Source: Centroscyllium fabricii (lineage: Eukaryota). From it: a stretch of 64,000 nt of DNA. A model generated the notes under the pieces. The model did no database searches, was not told where the DNA came from, and saw nothing but the letters and a program-made list of their open reading frames with translations. Below, one piece after another: positions 50,701 through 62,673 of this stretch. Where the stretch lies: assembly GCA_051313645.2 (NCBI GenBank), contig JBNRSN020000001.1, forward strand, positions 382,974,001-383,038,000, given 5' to 3'. Each line of letters begins with the position of its first letter. The stretch's first letter is position 1. The position numbers were made by a program, and so were the translations under genes.

Positions 50701-51955
50701 AAAATGGCGGCGTCCCTGGCTCACACATGGTGGGGCCCTGGAGACAAAATGGCGGCGCTGAGGGGTCGCACATGGCGGGCTGCTGGAGATAAGATGGCGG
50801 CGCCAGGGTTTCGCACATGGTGGGCCGCTGGAGATGAGATGGCGGCGCATGTGGTTCGCACGCTGCTGACCGCTGTGAGCGCGCTGGCGGTGCCCGTGGT
50901 TCGCACGCAGCGGGCCGCGGTGACTGGGTTGGTGGTGCCCGTGGTTCGCATGCAGCGAGCCGTGGTGGTTGGGTTGGCGGTGCCCGTGATTCGCACGCAG
51001 CGGGCCGCGCTGTGTCTGCCGCTGGCGTTGGGGGGTCGCGCTTGGCCGGCCTTTGCCGCATCAGGGTGGGAGATGGGGGCGCTTTCCTTCTACCCCCGGA
51101 CCGTCGCTGGATCGCGCTGCTATTGCAGCTTACCTGAGGTCTGGCGGAGTTTTCACAGGCTGCGCTGTTGTACCTGGAGTTGGGCGCTGCTGGTGCTGAT
51201 CTGCAGGCCTTTGCATAGTGTCCCTTTTTGGAGCACCTCTCTCAGGTCGCGGTCCTCGCTGGGCATCTCGCTCGTGGGTGCAGTCCCTGGCCGCAGAAAT
51301 AGCACCGTTTGTCCTTTCCGGCTGTCGCAGCCATCGTGGGGGTCTCGACCCGTTGTGGTGCTGCCCAGGCCTGGGCCCGTTGTGGCGCGGCCCACATGTC
51401 GTAGGCCTGCGGGTTTGTGCCGCTGTACGCCTGCAGCTTATTGCGTGCTCCTTCCATGGAGTTAGCTATGGAGATCGCCTCCTCAAGAGTCAAAGAGTCC
51501 TTTTCGAGCAGCCGCTGGCGGGCTTCCACGCACCTCAGGCCAGTTACATACGCATCTCGAATGAGGAGATTCGCCTCCTCTTCTGCTGTCCGGGCTTGGC
51601 AGCCACAGACCCGTACCAGGGCCTGGAGCGCTTGCTCAAATTGTTCATTAGTCTCACCCGGTAGTTGTGGTCTGGTCGCGAGCACATGTCTGGCGTAGAC
51701 CGAATGGACCGGGCGCTCGTAGCATTTCCTCAGCTTTTCCACTGCCCCTGGGTAGGTTTTGGCATCTCGGATGAGGGAGAATACTCGGCTGGAGATCCTA
51801 GACCGGAGAACCTGCAATTTGTTCTCGTCGGTTGTAACCTTGGTGGCGTCCATGTAGGCCTCCAGGAGACCGAACCAGTGTTCGAACGTGGTGGCGGCGG
51901 CTGGGTCCTGTGGACTGATGTCCAGCTTCTCTGGCTTTACCGCACCGCTCTCCAT
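47723..51955 (-). pseudogene. gag-pol: Single-frame gag-pol with two nonsense codons (51242, 47963)
   Basis: Gag 51955-51242 is in frame with the 1032-aa ORF (LFDTGS, YLDN, SDASD, SDRG). Reading through 47963 gives a tail RQSSRLTRPPDKL similar to element A. Confidence 0.93.
50697..51011 (-). repeat. 7 x 45-bp coding tandem repeat between nucleocapsid and protease
   Basis: 15-aa units grading from RPAACESRAPPTQPP to GPTMCEPGTPPFCVQ. Confidence 0.92.
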
Positions 51956-51989
51956 TTCAAAATTTTTAAGTTAATAAAATTGACGTATC

Positions 51990-52241
51990 ACAGAAACACA
52001 GAAGCATAGGAGCAGGAGTAGGCCATTCAGCCCTTCGAGCCTGCTCCGCCATTCAATGAGATCATGGCTGATCATCCAAACCCAGTACCCCGCCCCTGCC
52101 CTCTCCCCATATCCCTCGATCCCTATCGAACCTGCACCGACACATATCCCACCCTATCCCCGTAACCCCACATATTTAATCCCCCTAACACTAAGAGTCA
52201 ATTTATCATGGCCAATCAAACTAACGCGCATATCTTTGGAC
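51990..52241 (-). mobile_element. 5'-truncated HE1-like SINE inserted in U5 of the element B 5' LTR
   Basis: Matches the 3' half of 15668-16068. 4-bp duplication TATC. Confidence 0.88.
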
Positions 52242-53029
52242 TATCGTCAATTGTCTTAATAAGAGACTAAACGAGTAGTGACCTTAACTATAGGCTTTTA
52301 TTAACTTACTTTGGAGCTACCCTCCGAACAAACATCAGAACAGAATGAGGGTGCCCCGGTCAGTCCTCACCTATAAAGGCCTCCCCTGGGGGAGGAGTTA
52401 GAGGTGTGGCTGACCTGGCTCCACGACAGTGTTACAAAGCGGTGTATCATACAAAGCCAATGTTGGCGACAATATTACAGTGGTAATCGTATATACAATA
52501 TGGGTTACCACACAACCCCAATGGAAATTCAGCATCAATATGTTTGGTCCGTTTTCAGATTCAGAGAGACTATTTTGTTCTCTTTATCTTTGCTTCATTT
52601 TTTCTATCTTCTTTTGTATTTTACATGGGCCCAGATTTTGCTGTCAGCAGCAAACAAATGGTACTTGCCCTTATACGTAAGTTCATTACGCTTATACAGG
52701 GTACTTGCCCACAGATTTTACATTGCAATTATCAGCCAGAACAGTGCGGTACCTTCCGCGTGGGTCTTGAGACCTGTGTGAACAGGCCAAGCAGCAGCGT
52801 GTCTCTTCAACCAATCAGATTGAAGAATCGTCACTGCGGCATGCAGAGTCTGAACCAGGAAGTGTAAGTTAGAATATTTAATTCAATGTAAAATCATGTA
52901 CAGAAAGTGAAATGAAGAGAAGGAAAGAAAGACAGGATTAAGAAAGAGAGATAAAAGAGACAGAAAGAAAAAGTTTTAAAAAGCTTTTTTTTAATATTTA
53001 AACATTTCCAACAAAATAATTTAAATTTG

Positions 53030-53345
53030 AAGGAATCCACAAGGGTCAGTGCTGGGGTCACTGCTGTTTACAATTTATATTAACGATTTAGACTTTGGAA
53101 TCAAAAACACAATTTCTAAATTTGTGGATGACACCAAATTAGTGTGGAGTGGATAGTCAATACTGAGGACTGCAACAAATTACAGGAGGACGTTAATAAA
53201 CTTAAAGAATGGGCATATAATTGGCAAATGAATTTCAACACAGATAAATGTGAGGTATTACATTTTGGTAGGAAGAATAGGGAGGTCACTTATCACTTGG
53301 CGGGTGCGAGTCTAGGTGGGGTAGAGGAACAAAGGAATCTCGGAG
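53030..53345 (+). mobile_element. CR1 RT fragment
   Basis: PQGSVLG, KFVDDTK and WQMNFNTDKCEVLHFG motifs. Confidence 0.75.
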
Positions 53346-54030
53346 AGCCTCTCCCGCTCTCGGCTCTTTTTAAATCAGCCTCTCTCACTCTTGGCTCTTT
53401 TTAAATCAGCTGCTCCCGCTCTCGGCTCACCAAATTACTAGTTTAGTACCCTGTAGAAGCAGTATTCCGTCGAACTGGACTCCATGCATTAGCAAAAGCC
53501 TCCTGTATTTGTACCAGTAGAAATTCCAGAGAGCTGAGTCAGCCCCTGCTGACAGTAATTACCAAGTAACCAGCTCTAGCTAGCCACCTAATTAACTGTG
53601 CAACGGCTCTCGCAGGCAGCTTGTTTACCACTGCCCAACACTTAAAGACAAGAAGCTTGGAGATCACATCACCAACTTGAAGAGACTGGGACCCTGCCTT
53701 GTAGGGAATAATGGCTTGTGACTTTGTACAAAGAGCTGAGACTTGAGCTCTGTAATGTCATTAACTGTCAATAAAATGTTCAAATTTTAAATAACAAAAA
53801 CACGGTGAAAGAAACTACAAGTTAAAGTTAAGTTAAATGCAAAACTTAACAAAATATTAGAAAGAGATCGACCCTTAAAATTCCCTCACTCACCAAATTC
53901 CGAGTTTAGTACTCTGTGGAAGCAGTACTCCGTTGAACTGGGCTCCATGTACATAGTTAGCGGCATGGACTGGTTGGGCCAAATGGCCTGTTTCGGTGCC
54001 GTATATCCTATGAATGAGACTCCACACATA

Positions 54031-54408
54031 GGGAACGGTAGTATAGTGCTGATGTTACTGGACTAGTAATCTTAGAGGCCTGGACTAATAATCCGGAGGC
54101 AAAAATTCAAATCCTCCCACAGCAGCTGGGGAATTCAAATTTAATTAAATAAATCTGGAATAAAAATGTAGTGTGACCATGGAATTATTAGATTGTTGTA
54201 AAAAGCCAATCTGGTTCATTAATGTCCTTCAGGGAAAGAAATCTGCCGCCCTTTCCTGGTCTGGCCTATATGTGACTCCAGACCCACAGCAATGTGGTTT
54301 ACTTTTAACTACCCTCTGAAATGGCCTAGCAAGCCACTCAAGGGCAATTAGGGATGGGCAATAAATGCTGGCCTTGTCAGCGATGCCCACAGCCCATGAA
54401 TGAATTAG
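54031..54408 (+). mobile_element. tRNA-derived SINE with a LINE-derived tail (second SINE family)
   Basis: tRNA-like head (ggtagtatagtg...ttcaaatcc), central ctggttcattaatgtccttcaggg, tail shared with 18095-18330. Confidence 0.7.
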
Positions 54409-54712
54409 AAAAGGTTAATTTTCAGTGCCAGAGAGGTTGTTTGGCAGTAATTAAGACTTATACTGTTAAAAATTCACTTACACTGGAATGGACAAGCCCT
54501 AATTTTTTCTGGTATGTTTATTGGATATCTAATGGGTAAGTACCTCAACTTCACGCCATTTCGTGTGCTTGAATCAGACAGCAACTGCCTGATTTCCATG
54601 TTTAACTGCGCATGTGTAGACGCCAGAAGTAGTTGTCTGATATACACCTTAATAACGGTGAGGACTGATAGCCACACCATTATTCCTATCGCAAAATCCG
54701 AGCCCCTATAAG

Positions 54713-55270
54713 TGTAAGTTAAAAAGAACTTCACCAAGTCTGTTGATCATTCAAAGCACACAATTTATTGGACAAAGTACTTTGGGAGAAGCGACAAAGA
54801 CTCCGCATTCTTGTGCTCACCTTCTCGATTTTACAGTGGTGACTGAGAGCTTCTTATACAGTTCAAAAGGTTGGAAAGTACTGATATCAGTAGTTATTAC
54901 ATCATTAGTCTTGGTCAGTTATTCTTCGGCCAATCTGGCGCCTTAGCAACAACTGACCTCTAATCACATTCTTTTAAAAACAACTTAATTCTATCACCAT
55001 ACTTTTAGCAGGCCAAGGTGCAGATTCCTATCTAGTCATGGGCCCGCCTGCACCAATCAGTTGCTCAACACTTTTCAATTTCAAACTATCACTTCTATAA
55101 GTTAATCAACTTTATGCTATTGCTGTAAGTTAATCAACTTTATGCTATTGCTGTAAGTTAATCAACTTTATGCTATTGCACACTGTCATTTCTGCAGGTT
55201 GACAAAGCTGGAGCTTCAAGAATATATTTTAACCTTTATCTTCCCTAGACGCAACAATTTTACCCCAACA
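54713..55270 (-). mobile_element. 558-bp solo LTR of an unrelated family with a 3 x 28-bp internal repeat (55098-55179)
   Basis: TG...CA ends, 5-bp TSD ATAAG (54708-54712, 55271-55275), minus-strand TATA-like box and AATAAA in the expected order. Confidence 0.75.
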
Positions 55271-57604
55271 ATAAGTATGTTCGTATTATAATTTTTTTTT
55301 AGATTCCCCAGTTCAATTAAGATTTTCTGTTTAGGATTATTGTTTAAAAACTGGCATTGTTTTATCACTTAGAAATGGAAATTTATAAACATTTTCCTTC
55401 CTCTATTTTTCTTGTGACTTGTTAAAATAATAATAATTCTATTGTTTACCAAAAAAAATGATCCAGTGCCACGTCTATTGCTTTTTATGCTTTGTTTGGA
55501 GACTTGCCCCACCAGCTGTACCATTGTTGTAACTAAGAGCCAAGCGTGCCATAATAATATGTCTTGTGCTGTCTCTGGAGCTAGTGCTCAACAGATTACA
55601 AGCTAAATACAGATGAGGAAGGTCATGCCGTCCACTTCAGTTTATCCGTCCCGTAAGAGCTTACATTGCATCATTGCAACGTTCATTTTGTTTTCATGAA
55701 TGTTTCCAGGATTTACACCTTCATTTTCAAGCTCTATGACCATTAAGATATGCCTTAAAACTGTCAAGACCGGCTACCGGCAAATTGCTCATTTAAAAAA
55801 AAATCTTTGCTTTTTTGTCTGGAATGCATCTCCTCCGGGACAGTGGTAAGGTGTTCCGAAATTCCTCCTCCATACGCTGGTGGGCTCCCTTTGTGCCAAA
55901 ACCACACTACTGCCTGGCATGTAAAATTGCGCTCACCATTGAATTTTGAGGTTATAAGATGTAATCCCCTCCCCACAACACTTTGATATAAAAATGATAA
56001 CCTACATTGTAGCAAGTTATTTATTTTAATTTATGGACTGCAATTATGGTATTTTACCATTCCTGCACTCAAATCCACACTTATCTCCAGATCAGATACT
56101 TTCACAATCTTTTTTGAACAAAAATGATTGCAGAGATGGGCAAATTTAAGATTGACTAACTAGGTCAATTAGTACAAAGACATTCTGTTGAATCATGTAG
56201 TGAAAAACTGGGGCGCGGGATCATCCACACAGGGATTAGTATCTGGCAGCTGTAGCAACAATTGATGACTATGCTTACTCACAGTAGCCTCTCTGTTCCA
56301 ATTATATTTGCTGATGGAGCCCAGTTTCTTTGCAATCCTCGCACATTATTCATTTTTTTTAAAATCCACAGAAGCACAGATCTAAAGAGGTGTGATGTTT
56401 CCAGGAAACATTTTGGCATTACAGAAAGATGACTCAACAACTGTGAACAGATGGCCCAGCGAGAACATAGATCAGAGCGGTGTTGCTGGGGCAATTTTCA
56501 ATCTACAAATCTGTCTAGTTTACATTTAAAATGAAAACTTGCATCTATCCTTTCATTTCCTGCATGAAGCATGTTATTAATAGAATATATGAGAAAAACT
56601 GATGAGCAATGGGATGGGGTGGGGGTGGGGAGCAGGTGTTATTTTATGAACCTGCTCTACCAGCAGGCTGCCTCACCCACAGCCAGTGCAAATCAGAAAT
56701 TCAGGCGTACATTGCTATGATTTTCCAAACATTTATTTTAATTTGCAAGTGCGTGAGACTCCCCACCAGCAGCAGGACCTCGTAATGCTCTGCATTCTAA
56801 TTTGTGGCTGATGAAAACTCTCTCAACTTCGTTGGTGAATTATTCAATCTCCACAGCAATGGGATAAAAATCATATTTTGTTAATAATAATCAAAGGAAC
56901 ATTGCTGCAGTCTTGGATAAGCTCGATTTCTAGAACAGCTGCTGTGGTGATTGCTGGCAAAAGAGAGAATTGCTGCAGTTTAAATTGTTGAATTGTGGTT
57001 TTTTTTGCAGGAAACACTAATATCTTTTTTTTAAATATAAACTTCTGTTCAGCACAGATGTGACTAATGTCATTGCATATTTTGTTTACAAATATGACAA
57101 AATAACATACCAAGAATTTTATGAATATCCCTTGACAACTGTACTTTAATTTGTGGGCTTTTTATTCTCTTTTTGGGTTGTGTTTTTGATGGTAATAGCC
57201 AACAACATGCATTATATACTCACTGCACGATGACTTTCCTAAAAGGATATTGATGCTTTGTAATGGACAAAAACAATAATTTTCTCAAACATATCTGTAA
57301 ACCAAGTATTAAAGCAATGGGTGAAAGTGCCTCGTTATTACATAACAGTACAAATAGATTGCTGTACATTTTTGAATGCCGACACTCCAAAGCCAACCAT
57401 AATCTAATCTATCATAGCTTTTGGCCACTCTAATTATTCCAGGAAACTTGAGCACAAATCCCTCATAAGGCACTTTTCTTGTCCCCTAACCCTACAGGTT
57501 ATGTTACATGGGTTATGTTGCATGTTATAACCTTTTCGGATTCCTTTATGAATTGTAATGGGTTCATGGAATATGATTTAAGATTATTTTTAAGGTATGT
57601 AGAG

Positions 57605-58510
57605 GCGGTGCCACAAGGATCAGTGCTGGGACCACTGTTGTTCACAATTTATATTAACGATGTAGACATTGGAATCAAAAACACAATTGCTAAATTTGCG
57701 GACAACACCAAATTGGGGGTGGGGGAGATAGTCAATACTGAAGAAGACTGCAACAAACAACAATAACTTGCATTTATATAACACCTTTATCGTAGTAAAA
57801 TGTCCCAAGGCACTTTACAGGAGCATCATCAAACAAAATTTGACACTGAGCCACATAATTTAACCCTGAAAAGTGTGAGGTGATGCATTTTGGGAGGACT
57901 AACAAGGCAAGGGAATACACCATGAATGGTAGGATCCTAGGAAGGACAGAGGATCAGAGGGACCTTGGTGTGCATGTACATAGATCCCTGAAGGCTGCAG
58001 GTCAGGTAGATAAGGTGGTTAAAAAGGCATATGGGATACTTGCCTTCATTAGCTGAGGCATAGAATGTAAGAGCAGGGAGGTTATGATGGAGCTGTACAA
58101 AACGCTAGTTAGGCCACAGCTGGAGTACTGTGTGCAGTTCTGGTCGCCACACTATTGGAAGGATGTGATTGCATTGGAGAGGGTGCAGAGGAGATTCACC
58201 AGGATGTTACCTGGGCTGGAGTGCTTCAGCTATGAAGAGAGACTGGACAAACTGCGATTGTTTTCCTCAGAGAAGAGAAGGCTTAGGGGGGACCTGATTG
58301 AGGTGTACAAAATTATGAGGGGCATAGATAGGGTAGATAGAAAGGAACTTTCCCCCTCAATAGAGGGATCAATAACCATAGTTTCAAGGTAAGGGGCAGG
58401 AGGTTTAGAGGGGATTTGAGGAAAAACATTTTCATCAAGAGGGTGGTTGGAATCTGGAACTCATTGTCTGAAAGGGTGGCAGAAGCAGGAACCCTCTTTC
58501 TGTGCTGTAT
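57605..58510 (+). mobile_element. CR1 RT and 3' fragments (two pieces separated by a short antisense SINE/LINE tail)
   Basis: [18 protein letters not shown] and LYKTLVRPQLEYCVQFWSP motifs. Confidence 0.8.
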
Positions 58511-59453
58511 AACTCTATGGGGGAAAAATTTGGTTGGTTGCGCCACCCATTGGCGCTAATGGAGGTGCAAAGCAACTAGCACCTGGGTGCGGCGAGTTTA
58601 GCGCTGCTCGGCAAATTGACTAGGCGCTCGGCGGTGGCGCTAAACATTAGCACCACAATCTCCTGCACCGGCAGATTGTGACATCATTCAAGTGCGCCAA
58701 CGCCCCGGTAGCGCTCCAGACCCACTATTGAGTGGCGCCACCTGCCTTACAGCCTGGCGCTAACAACGATAGGTTGAGGGGAGCGTTCTGCAGTCAGAAA
58801 GGGACTGGGGGAGTGCTATTTAAAGGTGACTGCATCCTGCCTTTTTTTGTTGGTGACAGTTTTGCACCACACATTCTGAGAGAGTGAGAGAGAGACTTCT
58901 GGAGAGATTCAACACTGTGTGAAGGAGTTTTGGGTACTGAGCAGTAATTTGCAGGTTCATTTTGATTTGCCCTTGTATCGATTTAGAAGAGAATGTGCTC
59001 TCAGCTCTTTCCCTGGGTCTCTCCATTGTTCTTTCCTGCAGATTTGATGCACCTGTCTCTCTAGGCCGAGATTCAAGGCTGCAATGAGCAGGATGTGGAT
59101 GGAGAGCAAGATCAACCCTCCCCTTTACGATAAAAACAGAAAATGCAGGAGAAACTCAGCAGGTCAAGCAGCATCTGTGGAGAGAGAAACAGAGTTAACG
59201 GCCGGAATTTTCCCAGAATGGCGGGGAACTGGCGGGCATTGGTCGGGGCGGGTTTTTGTCCCGCCCGATAAAGTGCCTGCGTTTCCCACGAGATTTTCGT
59301 CTAACTACCCAATTAATTCCCCGCCTGTGGGAAACCTTCTCAATCACCGATTTCCAGTCAGAAAGTCACACAGTAGGACGTCAGAATTCAGGTTTCTTTT
59401 AATGAACACAGCTCGCCTCCCGCACTGCTCAGCATTCTACAACCTTCAGTAGG

Positions 59454-61389
59454 ATGGCAGAGCGTGAGGGTGCTGCATCGGGCAGCGCGAGGGGACGACC
59501 CGCCCCCAAATTTGATGATGCCTCCCTCAACGCATTACTCGAGGGGGCAACGACCCATAGGGAGGTTCTCTTCCCCTCCTCAGGGAGGAAGAGACCTCCC
59601 TCACAGACTAAGGCTGCATGGCAGCAGGTGGCTGAGGGGGTCAGCTCCTTGGGCACAACATCCCGGTCCTGGCTCCAGTGTCGCAAGAGATTGCATGACC
59701 TTCATCGCACTGCGAAAGTAAGTATTCATTTCCCCTCATCCTCAATCTCATCCCCCTCACCTCTCCTCACCACAATTTATCATCACCACTCCCTTGCTGC
59801 ACATCCCACTTGCCCATCACATCCAAGCAACCTTACCCATTCCCTCTGTATCTATGCTCACACTCACGGTCCTTTCCCTCCATTCAGCCCTCACACTCCC
59901 TCTCACTCTCATGCTTGCTGCACATCTGGCACCACACAGGGAGAGCCTTTGGTCTTGCAGGCTCACTGCATCTTTGTCACCCTCCAACAAACTTTGCTGG
60001 TCACTCACTGCACCAACTCCTTCCTTCTCACTCAACCTCCACTTCTCTCCCTCATTGCAGGAAAAGACAGCCGCCAACAAGCGGCACAGCGCCGGGACCA
60101 GAGGAGGACCCCCCACCATCCAGCAGCTCACCCCGGGAGTGGGTGACGGTGAGGCAGGCATGCAATCTCAAGCTGGTGACAGCATGGTTTCATTTTTTCG
60201 CTTAAAACTAACACATGAGACTGGCACAATGAATGTAAAAGCACTGCAGAGGCAGCTCTGCTCAGCTCCTGAATGCTATCTCTATGTAACCTTGCTGACA
60301 TATCTCTAACCTCTGCCTTTACTGCCCCACAGGCCCATCCGGAGCAGGACGGCCAAGCAGAGCTGAGGACGAGGCCGCCCCTGTTCAGTCCTCAGAGGAA
60401 ACTGCCACCTCTGAGGGAGCACCGTCAGCACAACAGACTCCACCCGTCACCAGTGCAGATACTAGCACCTCGGTGGGCCCCCCTAGAGCTACATCTGACT
60501 TGTCACCGGTTGATTCACACAACACAAGTGAGCCTCAGCAGATTGTGGAGACACGGACAGAGTCCTAGTCGGAGGGCGCAGGACTCTGCCAGCTTAGCTA
60601 AGCTGCATGTCGACCCAGCGCCTTTGGATCGATCAGGCAAAGGACACATGATGGACTCCAGACACAGATGCAGGCGTCTCTGACAGGTTTTGTCTCCCAA
60701 GTAGCTGCGAGTGTCATGCGAATGGAGGAGTCTGTCGCAAGCATGAGAAGCTCCTTTGCGGAGTCAGTGGCGTTTGATTGCATCACCATGGAAAGGATGG
60801 CAACCACCATGGAAAGGATAGTGACCGTGGAGGAGAGGATGGCCATGGCCATCGAGCACATAAGTCGCCAGTTTTTCGAAGACATGGGCACTGTCCACAA
60901 TAGATTCACATCTCTTGAGCAGCGAGTGGCATCTATTGAGCAGAGGAAGCAGACCTTCGTGGAAGTCCCTCTCAGTAGGACTTCCACTGCAGAAACGGGT
61001 CCCCGTGGCCCCCCTGAAGTGCAGCAAGGTGCTGTCCAGCCACTTGCTGGCACTGAGGGGGAGTTGACCCATGAGTGGGAGGATGGTGATGCAGCTGAAG
61101 GAAGAGGGGGCTCCTCTCCAAGCGCTCCCACATCCACACCACTGTAGAGCCCTCGGTCAGAGGCCCGCCGGAGTCCCCATGCACCTGAGATGGAAGTCTC
61201 ATACCCTGCCCAGCCGCAGGAGCAGCATACTGGTAGCGAGCCCCCACAGGCTCGCCGCCCCAGAGGACAACCGCCAAAGGTGTCCAGACAGGAGCAGCAG
61301 GGCACTCAGCAGGGGGCCTCCACATCTGCTGACACCACAGGGCCACCAACACATAGGAGCACTCGCAAAAGAAAACTAAGCACCCTTAG
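59454..61389 (+). pseudogene. Harbinger Myb/SANT-like gene copy 2 (exon 1 59454-59717, exon 2 from 60061, exon 3 from about 60333), with deletions and a stop
   Basis: MAEREGAASG...RSWLQCRKRLHDLHRTAK followed by GTAAGT. Homologous to 32880-34915. Confidence 0.85.
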
Positions 61390-61844
61390 GCACAACGGGA
61401 GTCACTTGGGTGTTAGTGTAACAGACATTTAGGTGTCCATAGCAGTGGTCAGACAGCAGACCACTGCAGGTGCCACCTGATGCAGTTGTCATGTCTGACA
61501 TCTTGCGAATGGCACTTCCACATTGAAACTTTATGCAGGCTGGACAGCAATTGGGCAGGCCTCAGAGATATGATAGGATGCAGAGGCAACATGGCACAAG
61601 GACTTACAGCAAGATGCATGAGGTTCAATAACAGACTGCAGCTCAATGGTTAAGAGTGAATGTCCTTGAAATCGGCCTACCTTCATGGTGACGCACACCA
61701 GCGACCAGAGGGACTGTATGAACAATGTGTGGTCCAAACGATGACCAGGTTAACTGAACAAACCACCTGATGTTTTCACAACACCAGCAAACACGCCGCA
61801 GGGCTGAACTTTAACAGGAACAAAACTAAAAGGATGGAGGTGGG

Positions 61845-62118
61845 TGATGCACAATCAATTACTACCAGTCGATGGTCAGATGTGATCGAGGCTTTTATTG
61901 ACATAGAAATGGACACAGGTCTGACGATCTTCCAAGCCAAAGTGAAAACACTCAGGTGTGCTGGCACTTTTATACCCAGTGGGCGGAGCCTGGGGAGGAA
62001 GCCAAGGAGCGGAGTCCTCCCAGGTGAGTCCTCCCTGCCAAGGAGGCATTACAGTACAGTTACAGGGAGGGGACACAAGGGGGAGACATATATACAATAT
62101 ATACAGTGGTTTACCACA
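61845..62118 (-). mobile_element. Solo LTR, family E, inside the Harbinger spacer
   Basis: TSD GTGGG. The empty site is visible in copy 1 at about 32425. Confidence 0.93.
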
Positions 62119-62673
62119 GTGGGCAAAGAAAAGATGGGCCAACTGGCCAAAGTACCCACCCATCCAACATCATCTGGCTGCAGCTGGCCCCTCACAGCAC
62201 CTGACCCTGATGGAATGGCCAAGGAGCCATGGTGCCAGCATGCCTCGGCTCTCACACATCAAACAAGATCAGGTGGGTGAAGACCCACCGGACATTGTCC
62301 CTCACCGCCCTCCACAGCTCCTGCCTCATGTCCGGGTGCGCTGCCCTGAAGCACCTCCACGACATTTGGAAACACATCAGCCCCATCCGCATAAAGAAAC
62401 CCGACAGCGCCTGCATAATTTTTCTAAACATGGCTGATGTTGTTCTCCGTTTTTCAAATGAAGGCGTTGACAAACTCCGGGGATGTCCATTTCGATTGGC
62501 TGATCAGGGACCCCGATTTCACTGTGACCCCCACAGCAGAGTCAATGGTTTGTCAGAATATGTGTCACTGTTGAAAAGGGAGGGGCACCACGTGAGAGGG
62601 GGGGAACATGATTGACAATGGATACGAACTTGCAAGCTCAAAACTGGACTAGCTGAGGTTCAGCATTGCTGAT

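Larger units (their letters stand above)
47427..52512 (-). mobile_element. Full-length Gypsy element B (double-knuckle lineage, no tRNA PBS); 5' LTR interrupted by a SINE
   Basis: LTRs 47427-47702 and 51981-52512 (less the SINE), TSD TAACC/CAACC, PPT gaaggggtgaa. Confidence 0.95.
59200..62673 (+). mobile_element. Second copy of the two-gene Harbinger (Myb/SANT half plus spacer), inverted relative to copy 1 and inserted in a Penelope-type repeat
   Basis: Starts GGCCGGAATTTT. Collinear with the reverse complement of 35169-32318 and 27651-27400. Confidence 0.92.

Noticed and set aside
53428-53949. About 58-bp direct repeat (53428-53486, 53891-53949) and short tandem repeats at 53350-53428
   Set aside because: Most simply explained as a LINE 5' UTR remnant. 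No LTR hallmarks or coding content between the repeats.
56278-56500. Possible minus-strand exon ending at a GTGAGT donor
   Set aside because: Short unrecognised peptide that cannot be distinguished from chance.
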